Assembly (NCBI GenBank): GCA_964057225.1
Contig: OZ059897.1
Location: forward strand, 17,670,001 to 17,734,000
Direction of reading: 5' to 3'
DNA length: 64,000 nucleotides
Origin: Auanema rhodensis
Taxonomy: Eukaryota; Animalia; Nematoda
The position numbers and the translations under genes were made by a program. Positions 53,301-64,000 of the stretch are shown here, piece by piece. The notes below the pieces were generated by a model. The model was not told where the DNA came from. It worked only from the letters and a program-made list of their open reading frames with translations, and made no database searches. Positions within the stretch are counted from its first letter, which is position 1. Each line of letters opens with the position of its first letter.

Positions 53301-55455
53301 TGAGTTTCCATGTACACTCAACATTGCTTCCAAAAACATTTTGACAAAAATTTTTTCGAAAAATTTCAAAATAATTTAACAAAAAGTACATTTTTGTAGG
53401 TTCCTTTTTTCAAGGCAAAGACGATGGACAATGTTATTCAACGAAAAAATTAATTCTTCAGGGTGAAAATCGAGGATATAAGTGTGAACTTATATCAGTT
53501 GATATCTCGGTGCATTTTTAAGCTAGCGCAAATCTGATAACACAGATCGACGCAGCTTAAAAATCCGCATCGAATGCACTATACTACATTGAGAAACGCT
53601 TAATACAAAAATTAGTTATGATCGTTTGAAAAATGATGCATTAGTGTATGTTGAGTTTCCATGTACACTCAACATTGCTTCCAAAAACATTTTGACAAAA
53701 ATTTTTTCGAAAAATTTCAAAATAATTTAACAAAAAGTACATTTTTGTAGGTTCCTTTTTTCAAGGCAAAGACGATGGACAATGTTATTCAACGAAAAAA
53801 TTAATTCTTCAGGGTGAAAATCGAGGATATAAGTGTGAACTTATATCAGTTGATATCTCGGTGCATTTTTAAGCTAGCGCAAATCTGATAACACAGATCG
53901 ACGCAGCTTAAAAATCCGCATCGAATGCACTATACTACATTGAGAAACACTTGATACAAAAATTAGTTATGATCGTTTGAAAAATGATGCATTAGTGTAT
54001 GTTGAGTTTCCATGTACACTCAACATTGCTTCCAAAAACATTTTGACAAAAATTTTTTCGAAAAATTTCAAAATAATTTAACAAAAAGTACATTTTTGTA
54101 GGTTCCTTTTTTCAAGGCAAAGACGATGGACAATGTTATTCAACGAAAAAATTAATTCTTCAGGGTGAAAATCGAGGATATAAGTGTGAACTTATATCAG
54201 TTGATATCTCGGTGCATTTTTAAGTTAGCGCAAATCTGATAACACAGATCGACGCAGCGTAAAAATCCGCATCGAATGCACTATACTACATTGAGAAACG
54301 CTTAATACAAAAATTAGTTATGATCGTTTGAAAAATGATGCATTAGTGTATGTTGAGTTTCCATGTACACTCAACATTGCTTCCAAAAACATTTTGACAA
54401 AAATTTTTTCGAAAAATTTCAAAATAATTTAACAAAAAGTACATTTTTGTAGGTTCCTTTTTTCAAGGCAAAGACGATGGACAATGTTATCCAACGAAAA
54501 AATTAATTCTTCAGGGTGAAAATCGAGGATATAAGTGTGAACTTATATCAGTTGATATCTCGGTGCATTTTTAAGCTAGCGCAAATCTGAGAACACAGAT
54601 CGACGCAGCTTAAAAATCCGCATCGAATGCACTATACTACATTGAGAAACGCTTAGTACAAAAATTAGTTATGATCGTTTGAAAAATGATGCATTAGTGT
54701 ATGTTGAGTTTCCATGTACACTCAACATGGCTTCCAAAAACATTTTGACAAAAATTTTTTCGAAAAATTTCAAAATAATTTAGCAAAAAGTAGATGTTTT
54801 TAGATTCCTTTTTTCAAGGCAAAGACGATGGACAATGTTATTCAACGAAAAAATTAATTCTTCAGTGTGAAAATCGAGGATATAAGTGTGAACTTATATC
54901 AGTTGATATCTCGGTGCATTTTTCAGCTAGCGCAAATCTGATAACACAGATCGACGCAGCTTAAAAATCCGCATCGAATGCACTATACTACATTGAGAAA
55001 CGCTTAATACAAAAATTAGTTATGATCGTTTGAAAAATGATGCATTAGTGTATGTTGAGTTTCCATGTACACTCAACATTGCTTCCAAAAACATTTTGAC
55101 AAAAATTTTTTCGAAAAATTTCAAAATAATTTAACAAAAAGTACATTTTTGTAGGTTCCTTTTTTCAAGGCAAAGACGATGGACAATGTTATTCAACGAA
55201 AAAATTAATTCTTCAGGGTGAAAATCGAGGATATAAGTGTGAACTTATATCAGTTGATATCTCGGTGCATTTTTAAGCTAGCGCAAATCTGATAACACAG
55301 ATCGACGCAGCTTAAAAATCCGCATCGAATGCACTATACTACATTGAGAAACGCTTAATACAAAAATTAGTTATGATCGTTTGAAAAATGATGCATTAGT
55401 GTATGTTGAGTTTCCATGTACACTCAACATTGCTTCCAAAAACATTTTGACAAAA

Positions 55456-56925
55456 CTTTTTTCGAAAAATTTCAAAATAATTTAGCAAAAAGTAGATGTT
55501 TTTAGATTCCTTTTTTCAAGTCAAAGACGATGGACAATGTTATTCAACGAAAAAATTAATTCTTCAGGGTGAAAATCGAGGATATAAGTGTGAACTTATA
55601 TCAGTTGATATCTCGGTGCATTTTTAAGCTAGCGCAAATCTGATAACACAGATCGACGCAGCTTAAAAATCCGCATCGAATGCACTATACTACATTGAGA
55701 AACGCTTAATACAAAAATTAGTTATGATCGTTTGAAAAATGATGCATTAGTGTATGTTGAGTTTCCATGTACACTCAACATTGCTTCCAAAAACATTTTG
55801 ACAAAACTTTTTTCGAAAAATTTCAAAATAATTTAGCAAAAAGTAGATGTTTTTAGATTTCTTTTTTCAAGTCAAAGACGATGGACAATGTTATTCAACG
55901 AAAAAATTAATTCTTCAGGGTGAAAATCGAGGATATAAGTGTGAACTTATATCAGTTGATATCTCGGTGCATTTTTAAGCTAGCGCAAATCTGATAACAC
56001 AGATCGACGCAGCTTAAAAATCCGCATCGAATGCACTATACTACATTGAGAAACGCTTAATACAAAAATTAGTTATGATCGTTTGAAAAATGATGCATTA
56101 GTGTATGTTGAGTTTCCATGTACACTCAACATTGCTTCCAAAAACATTTTGACAAAACTTTTTTCGAAAAATTTCAAAATAATTTAGCAAAAAGTAGATG
56201 TTTTTAGATTCCTTTTTTCAAGTCAAAGACGATGGACAATGTTATTCAACGAAAAAATTAATTCTTCAGGGTGAAAATCGAGGATATAAGTGTGAACTTA
56301 TATCAGTTGATATCTCGGTGCATTTTTAAGCTAGCGCAAATCTGATAACACAGATCGACGCAGCTTAAAAATCCGCATCGAATGCACTATACTACATTGA
56401 GAAACGCTTAATACAAAAATTAGTTATGATCGTTTGAAAAATGATGCATTAGTGTATGTTGAGTTTCCATGTACACTCAACATTGCTTCCAAAAACATTT
56501 TGACAAAACTTTTTTCGAAAAATTTCAAAATAATTTAGCAAAAAGTAGATGTTTTTAGATTCCTTTTTTCAAGTCAAAGACGATGGACAATGTTATTCAA
56601 CGAAAAAATTAATTCTTCAGGGTGAAAATCGAGGATATAAGTGTGAACTTATATCAGTTGATATCTCGGTGCATTTTTAAGCTAGCGCAAATCTGATAAC
56701 ACAGATCGACGCAGCTTAAAAATCCGCATCGAATGCACTATACTACATTGAGAAACGCTTAATACAAAAATTAGTTATGATCGTTTGAAAAATGATGCAT
56801 TAGTGTATGTTGAGTTTCCATGTACACTCAACATTGCTTCCAAAAACATTTTGACAAAACTTTTTTCGAAAAATTTCAAAATAATTTAGCAAAAAGTAGA
56901 TGTTTTTAGATTCCTTTTTTCAAGT
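55456..56925. repeat. Five-copy local expansion of a private monomer variant
   Basis: gacaaaactttttt (m349 C) and aagtcaaag (m63 T) co-occur in five consecutive units and were not seen elsewhere. Confidence 0.9.
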
Positions 56926-57030
56926 CAAAGACGATGGACAATGTTATTCAACGAAAAAATTAATTCTTCAGGGTGAAAATCGAGGATATAAGTGTGAACT
57001 TATATCAGTTGATATCTCGGTGCATTTTTA

Positions 57031-60000
57031 CGCTAGCGCAAATCTGATAACACAGATCGACGCAGCTTAAAAATCCGCATCGAATGCACTATACTACATT
57101 GAGAAACGCTTAATACAAAAATTAGTTATGATCGTTTGAAAAATGATGCATTAGTGTATGTTGAGTTTCCATGTACACTCAACATTGCTTCCAAAAACAT
57201 TTTGACAAAAATTTTTTCGAAAAATTTCAAAATAATTTAGCAAAAAGTAGATGTTTTTAGATTCCTTTTTTCAAGGCAAAGACGATGGACAATGTTATTC
57301 AACGAAAAAATTAATTCTTCAGGGTGAAAATCGAGGATATAAGTGTGAACTTATATCAGTTGATATATCGGTGCATTTTTAAGCTAGCGCAAATCTGATA
57401 ACACAGATCGACGCAGCTTAAAAATCCGCATCGAATGCACTATACTACATTGAGAAACGCTTAATACAAAAATTAGTTATGATCGTTTGAAAAATGATGC
57501 ATTAGTGTATGTTGAGTTTCCATGTACACTCAACATTGCTTCCAAAAACATTTTGACAAAAATTTTTTCGAAAAATTTCAAAATAATTTAGCAAAAAGTA
57601 GATGTTTTTAGATTTCTTTTTTCAAGGCAAAGACGATGGACAATGTTATTCAACGAAAAAATTAATTCTTCAGGGTGAAAATCGAGGATATAAGTGTGAA
57701 CTTATATCAGTTGATATATCGGTGCATTTTTAAGCTAGCGCAAATCTGATAACACAGATCGACGCAGCTTAAAAATCCGCATCGAATGCACTATACTACA
57801 TTGAGAAACGCTTAATACAAAAATTAGTTATGATCGTTTGAAAAATGATGCATTAGTGTATGTTGAGTTTCCATGTACACTCAACATTGCTTCCAAAAAC
57901 ATTTTGACAAAAATTTTTTCGAAAAATTTCAAAATAATTTAACAAAAAGTACATTTTTGTAGGTTCTTTTTTTCAAGGCAAAGACGATGGACAATGTTAT
58001 CCAACGAAAAAATTAATTCTTCAGGGTGAAAATCGAGGATATAAGTGTGAACTTATATCAGTTGATATCTCGGTGCATTTTTAAGCTAGCGCAAATCTGA
58101 TAACACAGATCGACGCAGCTTAAAAATCCGCATCGAATGCACTATACTACATTGAGAAACGCTTAATACAAAAATTAGTTATGATCGTTTGAAAAATGAT
58201 GCATTAGTGTATGTTGAGTTTCCATGTACACTCAACATTGCTTCCAAAAACATTTTGACAAAAATTTTTTCGAAAAATTTCAAAATAATTTAGCAAAAAG
58301 TAGATGTTTTTAGATTCCTTTTTTCAAGGCAAAGACGATGGACAATGTTATTCAACGAAAAAATTAATTCTTCAGGGTGAAAATCGAGGATATAAGTGTG
58401 AACTTATATCAGTTGATATCTCGGTGCATTTTTAAGCTAGCGCAAATCTGATAACACAGATCGACGCAGGTTAAAAATCCGCATCGAATGCACTATACTA
58501 CATTGAGAAACGCTTAATACAAAAATTAGTTATGATCGTTTGAAAAATGATGCATTAGTGTATGTTGAGTTTCCATGTACACTCAACATTGCTTCCAAAA
58601 ACATTTTGACAAAAATTTTTTCGAAAAATTTCAAAATAATTTAGCAAAAAGTAGATGTTTTTAGATTTCTTTTTTCAAGGCAAAGACGATGGACAATGTT
58701 ATTCAACGAAAAAATTAATTCTTCAGGGTGAAAATCGAGGATATAAGTGTGAACTTATATCAGTTGATATCTCGGTGCATTTTTAAGCTAGCGCAAATCT
58801 GATAACACAGATCGACGCAGCTTAAAAATCCGCATCGAATGCACTATACTACATTGAGAAACGCTTAATACAAGAATTAGTTATGATCGTTTGAAAAATG
58901 ATGCATTAGTGTATGTTGAGTTTCCATGTACACTCAACATTGCTTCCAAAAACATTTTGACAAAAATTTTTTCGAAAAATTTCAAAATAATTTAACAAAA
59001 AGTACATTTTTGTAGGTTCTTTTTTTCAAGGCAAAGACGATGGACAATGTTATCCAACGAAAAAATTAATTCTTCAGGGTGAAAATCGAGGATATAAGTG
59101 TGAACTTATATCAGTTGATATCTCGGTGCATTTTTAAGCTAGCGCAAATCTGATAACACAGATCGACGCAGCTTAAAAATCCGCATCGAATGCACTATAC
59201 TACATTGAGAAACGCTTAATACAAAAATTAGTTATGATCGTTTGAAAAATGATGCATTAGTGTATGTTGAGTTTCCATGTACACTCAACATTGCTTCCAA
59301 AAACATTTTGACAAAAATTTTTTCGAAAAATTTCAAAATAATTTAGCAAAAAGTAGATGTTTTTAGATTCCTTTTTTCAAGGCAAAGACGATGGACAATG
59401 TTATTCAACGAAAAAATTAATTCTTCAGGGTGAAAATCGAGGATATAAGTGTGAACTTATATCAGTTGATATCTCGGTGCATTTTTACGCTAGCGCAAAT
59501 CTGATAACACAGATCGACGCAGCTTAAAAATCCGCATCGAATGCACTATACTACATTGAGAAACGCTTAATACAAAAATTAGTTATGATCGTTTGAAAAA
59601 TGATGCATTAGTGTATGTTGAGTTTCCATGTACACTCAACATTGCTTCCAAAAACATTTTGACAAAAATTTTTTCGAAAAATTTCAAAATAATTTAGCAA
59701 AAAGTAGATGTTTTTAGATTCCTTTTTTCAAGGCAAAGACGATGGACAATGTTATTCAACGAAAAAATTAATTCTTCAGGGTGAAAATCGAGGATATAAG
59801 TGTGAACTTATATCAGTTGATATATCGGTGCATTTTTAAGCTAGCGCAAATCTGATAACACAGATCGACGCAGCTTAAAAATCCGCATCGAATGCACTAT
59901 ACTACATTGAGAAACGCTTAATACAAAAATTAGTTATGATCGTTTGAAAAATGATGCATTAGTGTATGTTGAGTTTCCATGTACACTCAACATTGCTTCC

Positions 60001-61776
60001 AAAAACATTTTGACAAAAATTTTTTCGAAAAATTTCAAAATAATTTAGCAAAAAGTAGATGTTTTTAGATTTCTTTTTTCAAGGCAAAGACGATGGACAA
60101 TGTTATTCAACGAAAAAATTAATTCTTCAGGGTGAAAATCGAGGATATAAGTGTGAACTTATATCAGTTGATATATCGGTGCATTTTTAAGCTAGCGCAA
60201 ATCTGATAACACAGATCGACGCAGCTTAAAAATCCGCATCGAATGCACTATACTACATTGAGAAACGCTTAATACAAAAATTAGTTATGATCGTTTGAAA
60301 AATGATGCATTAGTGTATGTTGAGTTTCCATGTACACTCAACATTGCTTCCAAAAACATTTTGACAAAAATTTTTTCGAAAAATTTCAAAATAATTTAAC
60401 AAAAAGTACATTTTTGTAGGTTCTTTTTTTCAAGGCAAAGACGATGGACAATGTTATCCAACGAAAAAATTAATTCTTCAGGGTGAAAATCGAGGATATA
60501 AGTGTGAACTTATATCAGTTGATATCTCGGTGCATTTTTAAGCTAGCGCAAATCTGATAACACAGATCGACGCAGCTTAAAAATCCGCATCGAATGCACT
60601 ATACTACATTGAGAAACGCTTAATACAAAAATTAGTTATGATCGTTTGAAAAATGATGCATTAGTGTATGTTGAGTTTCCATGTACACTCAACATTGCTT
60701 CCAAAAACATTTTGACAAAAATTTTTTCGAAAAATTTCAAAATAATTTAGCAAAAAGTAGATGTTTTTAGATTCCTTTTTTCAAGGCAAAGACGATGGAC
60801 AATGTTATTCAACGAAAAAATTAATTCTTCAGGGTGAAAATCGAGGATATAAGTGTGAACTTATATCAGTTGATATCTCGGTGCATTTTTAAGCTAGCGC
60901 AAATCTGATAACACAGATCGACGCAGGTTAAAAATCCGCATCGAATGCACTATACTACATTGAGAAACGCTTAATACAAAAATTAGTTATGATCGTTTGA
61001 AAAATGATGCATTAGTGTATGTTGAGTTTCCATGTACACTCAACATTGCTTCCAAAAACATTTTGACAAAAATTTTTTCGAAAAATTTCAAAATAATTTA
61101 GCAAAAAGTAGATGTTTTTAGATTTCTTTTTTCAAGGCAAAGACGATGGACAATGTTATTCAACGAAAAAATTAATTCTTCAGGGTGAAAATCGAGGATA
61201 TAAGTGTGAACTTATATCAGTTGATATCTCGGTGCATTTTTAAGCTAGCGCAAATCTGATAACACAGATCGACGCAGCTTAAAAATCCGCATCGAATGCA
61301 CTATACTACATTGAGAAACGCTTAATACAAAAATTAGTTATGATCGTTTGAAAAATGATGCATTAGTGTATGTTGAGTTTCCATGTACACTCAACATTGC
61401 TTCCAAAAACATTTTGACAAAAATTTTTTCGAAAAATTTCAAAATAATTTAACAAAAAGTACATTTTTGTAGGTTCTTTTTTTCAAGGCAAAGACGATGG
61501 ACAATGTTATCCAACGAAAAAATTAATTCTTCAGGGTGAAAATCGAGGATATAAGTGTGAACTTATATCAGTTGATATATCGGTGCATTTTTAAGCTAGC
61601 GCAAATCTGATAACACAGATCGACGCAGCTTAAAAATCCGCATCGAATGCACTATACTACATTGAGAAACGCTTAATACAAAAATTAGTTATGATCGTTT
61701 GAAAAATGATGCATTAGTGTATGTTGAGTTTCCATGTACACTCAACATTGCTTCCAAAAACATTTTGACAAAAATT
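57031..61776. repeat. 7-mer higher-order repeat (2457 bp), about two copies
   Basis: m169 C at 57031 and 59488; m204 G at 58470 and 60927; B with m52 T in copies at 57916/60373 and 58969/61426. All offsets are 2457. Confidence 0.9.
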
Positions 61777-64000
61777 TTTTCGAAAAATTTCAAAATAATT
61801 TAGCAAAAAGTAGATGTTTTTAGATTTCTTTTTTCAAGGCAAAGACGATGGACAATGTTATTCAACGAAAAAATTAATTCTTCAGGGTGAAAATCGAGGA
61901 TATAAGTGTGAACTTATATCAGTTGATATATCGGTGCATTTTTAAGCTAGCGCAAATCTGATAACACAGATCGACGCAGCTTAAAAATCCGCATCGAATG
62001 CACTATACTACATTGAGAAACGCTTAATACAAAAATTAGTTATGATCGTTTGAAAAATGATGCATTAGTGTATGTTGAGTTTCCATGTACACTCAACATT
62101 GCTTCCAAAAACATTTTGACAAAAATTTTTTCGAAAAATTTCAAAATAATTTAACAAAAAGTACATTTTTGTAGGTTCCTTTTTTCAAGGCAAAGACGAT
62201 GGACAATGTTATCCAACGAAAAAATTAATTCTTCAGGGTGAAAATCGAGGATATAAGTGTGAACTTATATCAGTTGATATCTCGGTGCATTTTTAAGCTA
62301 GCGCAAATCTGATAACACAGATCGACGCAGCTTAAAAATCCGCATCGAATGCACTATACTACATTGAGAAACGCTTAATACAAAAATTAGTTATGATCGT
62401 TTGAAAAATGATGCATTAGTGTATGTTGAGTTTCCATGTACACACAACATTGCTTCCAAAAACATTTTGACAAAAATTTTTTCGAAAAATTTCAAAATAA
62501 TTTAACAAAAAGTAAATTTTTGTAGGTTCCTTTTTTCAAGGCAAAGACGATGGACAATGTTATCCAACGAAAAAATTAATTCTTCAGGGTGAAAATCGAG
62601 GATATAAGTGTGAACTTATATCAGTTGATATCTCGGTGCATTTTTAAGCTAGCGCAAATCTGATAACACAGATCGACGCAGCTTAAAAATCCGCATCGAA
62701 TGCACTATACTACATTGAGAAACGCTTAATACAAAAATTAGTTATGATCGTTTGAAAAATGATGCATTAGTGTATGTTGAGTTTCCATGTACACTCAACA
62801 TTGCTTCCAAAAACATTTTGACAAAAATTTTTTCGAAAAATTTCAAAATAATTTAACAAAAAGTACATTTTTGTAGGTTCCTTTTTTCAAGGCAAAGACG
62901 ATGGACAATGTTATCCAACGAAAAAATTAATTCTTCAGGGTGAAAATCGAGGATATAAGTGTGAACTTATATCAGTTGATATCTCGGTGCATTTTTAAGC
63001 TAGCGCAAATCTGATAACACAGATCGACGCAGCTTAAAAATCCGCATCGAATGCACTATACTACATTGAGAAACGCTTAATACAAAATTAGTTATGATCG
63101 TTTGAAAAATGATGCATTAGTGTATGTTGAGTTTCCATGTACACTCAACATTGCTTCCAAAAACATTTTGACAAAAATTTTTTCGAAAAATTTCAAAATA
63201 ATTTAGCAAAAAGTAGATGTTTTTAGATTCCTTTTCTCAAGGCAAAGACGATGGACAATGTTATTCAACGAAAAAATTAATTCTTCAGGGTGAAAATCGA
63301 GGATATAAGTGTGAACTTATATCAGTTGATATATCGGTGCATTTTTAAGCTAGTGCAAATCTGATAACACAGATCGACGCAGCTTAAAAATCCGCATCGA
63401 ATGCACTATACTACATTGAGAAACGCTTAATACAAAAATTAGTTATGATCGTTTGAAAAATGATGCATTAGTGTATGTTGAGTTTCCATGTACACACAAC
63501 ATTGCTTCCAAAAACATTTTGACAAAAATTTTTTCGAAAAATTTCAAAATAATTTAACAAAAAGTACATTTTTGTAGGTTCCTTTTTTCAAGGCAAAGAC
63601 GATGGACAATGTTATCCAACGAAAAAATTAATTCTTCAGGGTGAAAATCGAGGATATAAGTGTGAACTTATATCAGTTGATATCTCGGTGCATTTTTAAG
63701 CTAGCGCAAATCTGATAACACAGATCGACGCAGCTTAAAAATCCGCATCGAATGCACTATACTACATTGAGAAACGCTTAATACAAAAATTAGTTATGAT
63801 CGTTTGAAAAATGATGCATTAGTGTATGTTGAGTTTCCATGTACACACAACATTGCTTCCAAAAACATTTTGACAAAAATTTTTTCGAAAAATTTCAAAA
63901 TAATTTAACAAAAAGTACATTTTTGTAGGTTCCTTTTTTCAAGGCAAAGACGATGGACAATGTTATCCAACGAAAAAATTAATTCTTCAGGGTGAAAATC

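Larger units (their letters stand above)
1..64000. repeat. Satellite DNA tandem array, 351-bp monomer, about 182 head-to-tail copies, extending beyond both window ends
   Basis: The phase ttttcgaaaaatttcaaaat recurs at 1, 352, 703, 3511, 7021, 14041, 21061, 28081, 35101, 42121, 49141 and 56161 (period 351). Copies differ by only a few substitutions. No spacer or unique DNA is present. Confidence 0.99.

Noticed and set aside
1-64000. Giant repetitive coding sequence (351 = 117 codons, so frame is preserved between copies)
   Set aside because: Every frame is stopped in each monomer. Plus strand: TAG/TAA m25-27, TAA m20-22, TAG m45-47. Minus strand: stops at tca m14-16, tta m24-26 and tca m58-60.
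1-64000. CRISPR array or other repeat-spacer system
   Set aside because: There are no variable spacers: the full 351 bp repeats. No cas or other genes are present.
1-64000. Pure assembly artefact or sequencing concatemer
   Set aside because: Linked variants recur in hierarchical, position-specific patterns, which random error or a single circular template would not produce. Exact copy number still needs read support.
4564-64000. A/B monomer order as an information-bearing code
   Set aside because: The order is adequately explained by nested tandem duplications, deletions and conversion. Nothing in the sequence indicates a reader or a function.

Overview
The whole 64 kb window is one head-to-tail tandem array of a 351-bp, AT-rich monomer (about 31% GC by hand count of copy 1), with about 182.3 copies in a single orientation. 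I see no unique sequence, insertion, inversion, gene, RNA gene or CRISPR spacer. Monomer n starts at 1+351(n-1): lines 1, 7021, 14041 ... 56161 all begin in the same phase. The only indel I found is one missing A at about 63084-63087. All six reading frames are closed in every monomer. This is best read as a eukaryotic satellite DNA array, plausibly (peri)centromeric; I cannot assign it to a named family or organism. The information lies in how single-base variants are arranged. There are two monomer haplotypes (A and B) that differ by five clustered substitutions, three of which perfect a small hairpin in B. There are also recombinant monomers, nascent higher-order repeats of 2, 4, 7, 8 and 9-10 monomers, and successive variant layers along the array. 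The monomer is rich in dyad symmetries, including a 67-nt hairpin. I found no evidence of a protein-based novel system. 'm' positions below are offsets within the monomer, and variant calls were made by eye.
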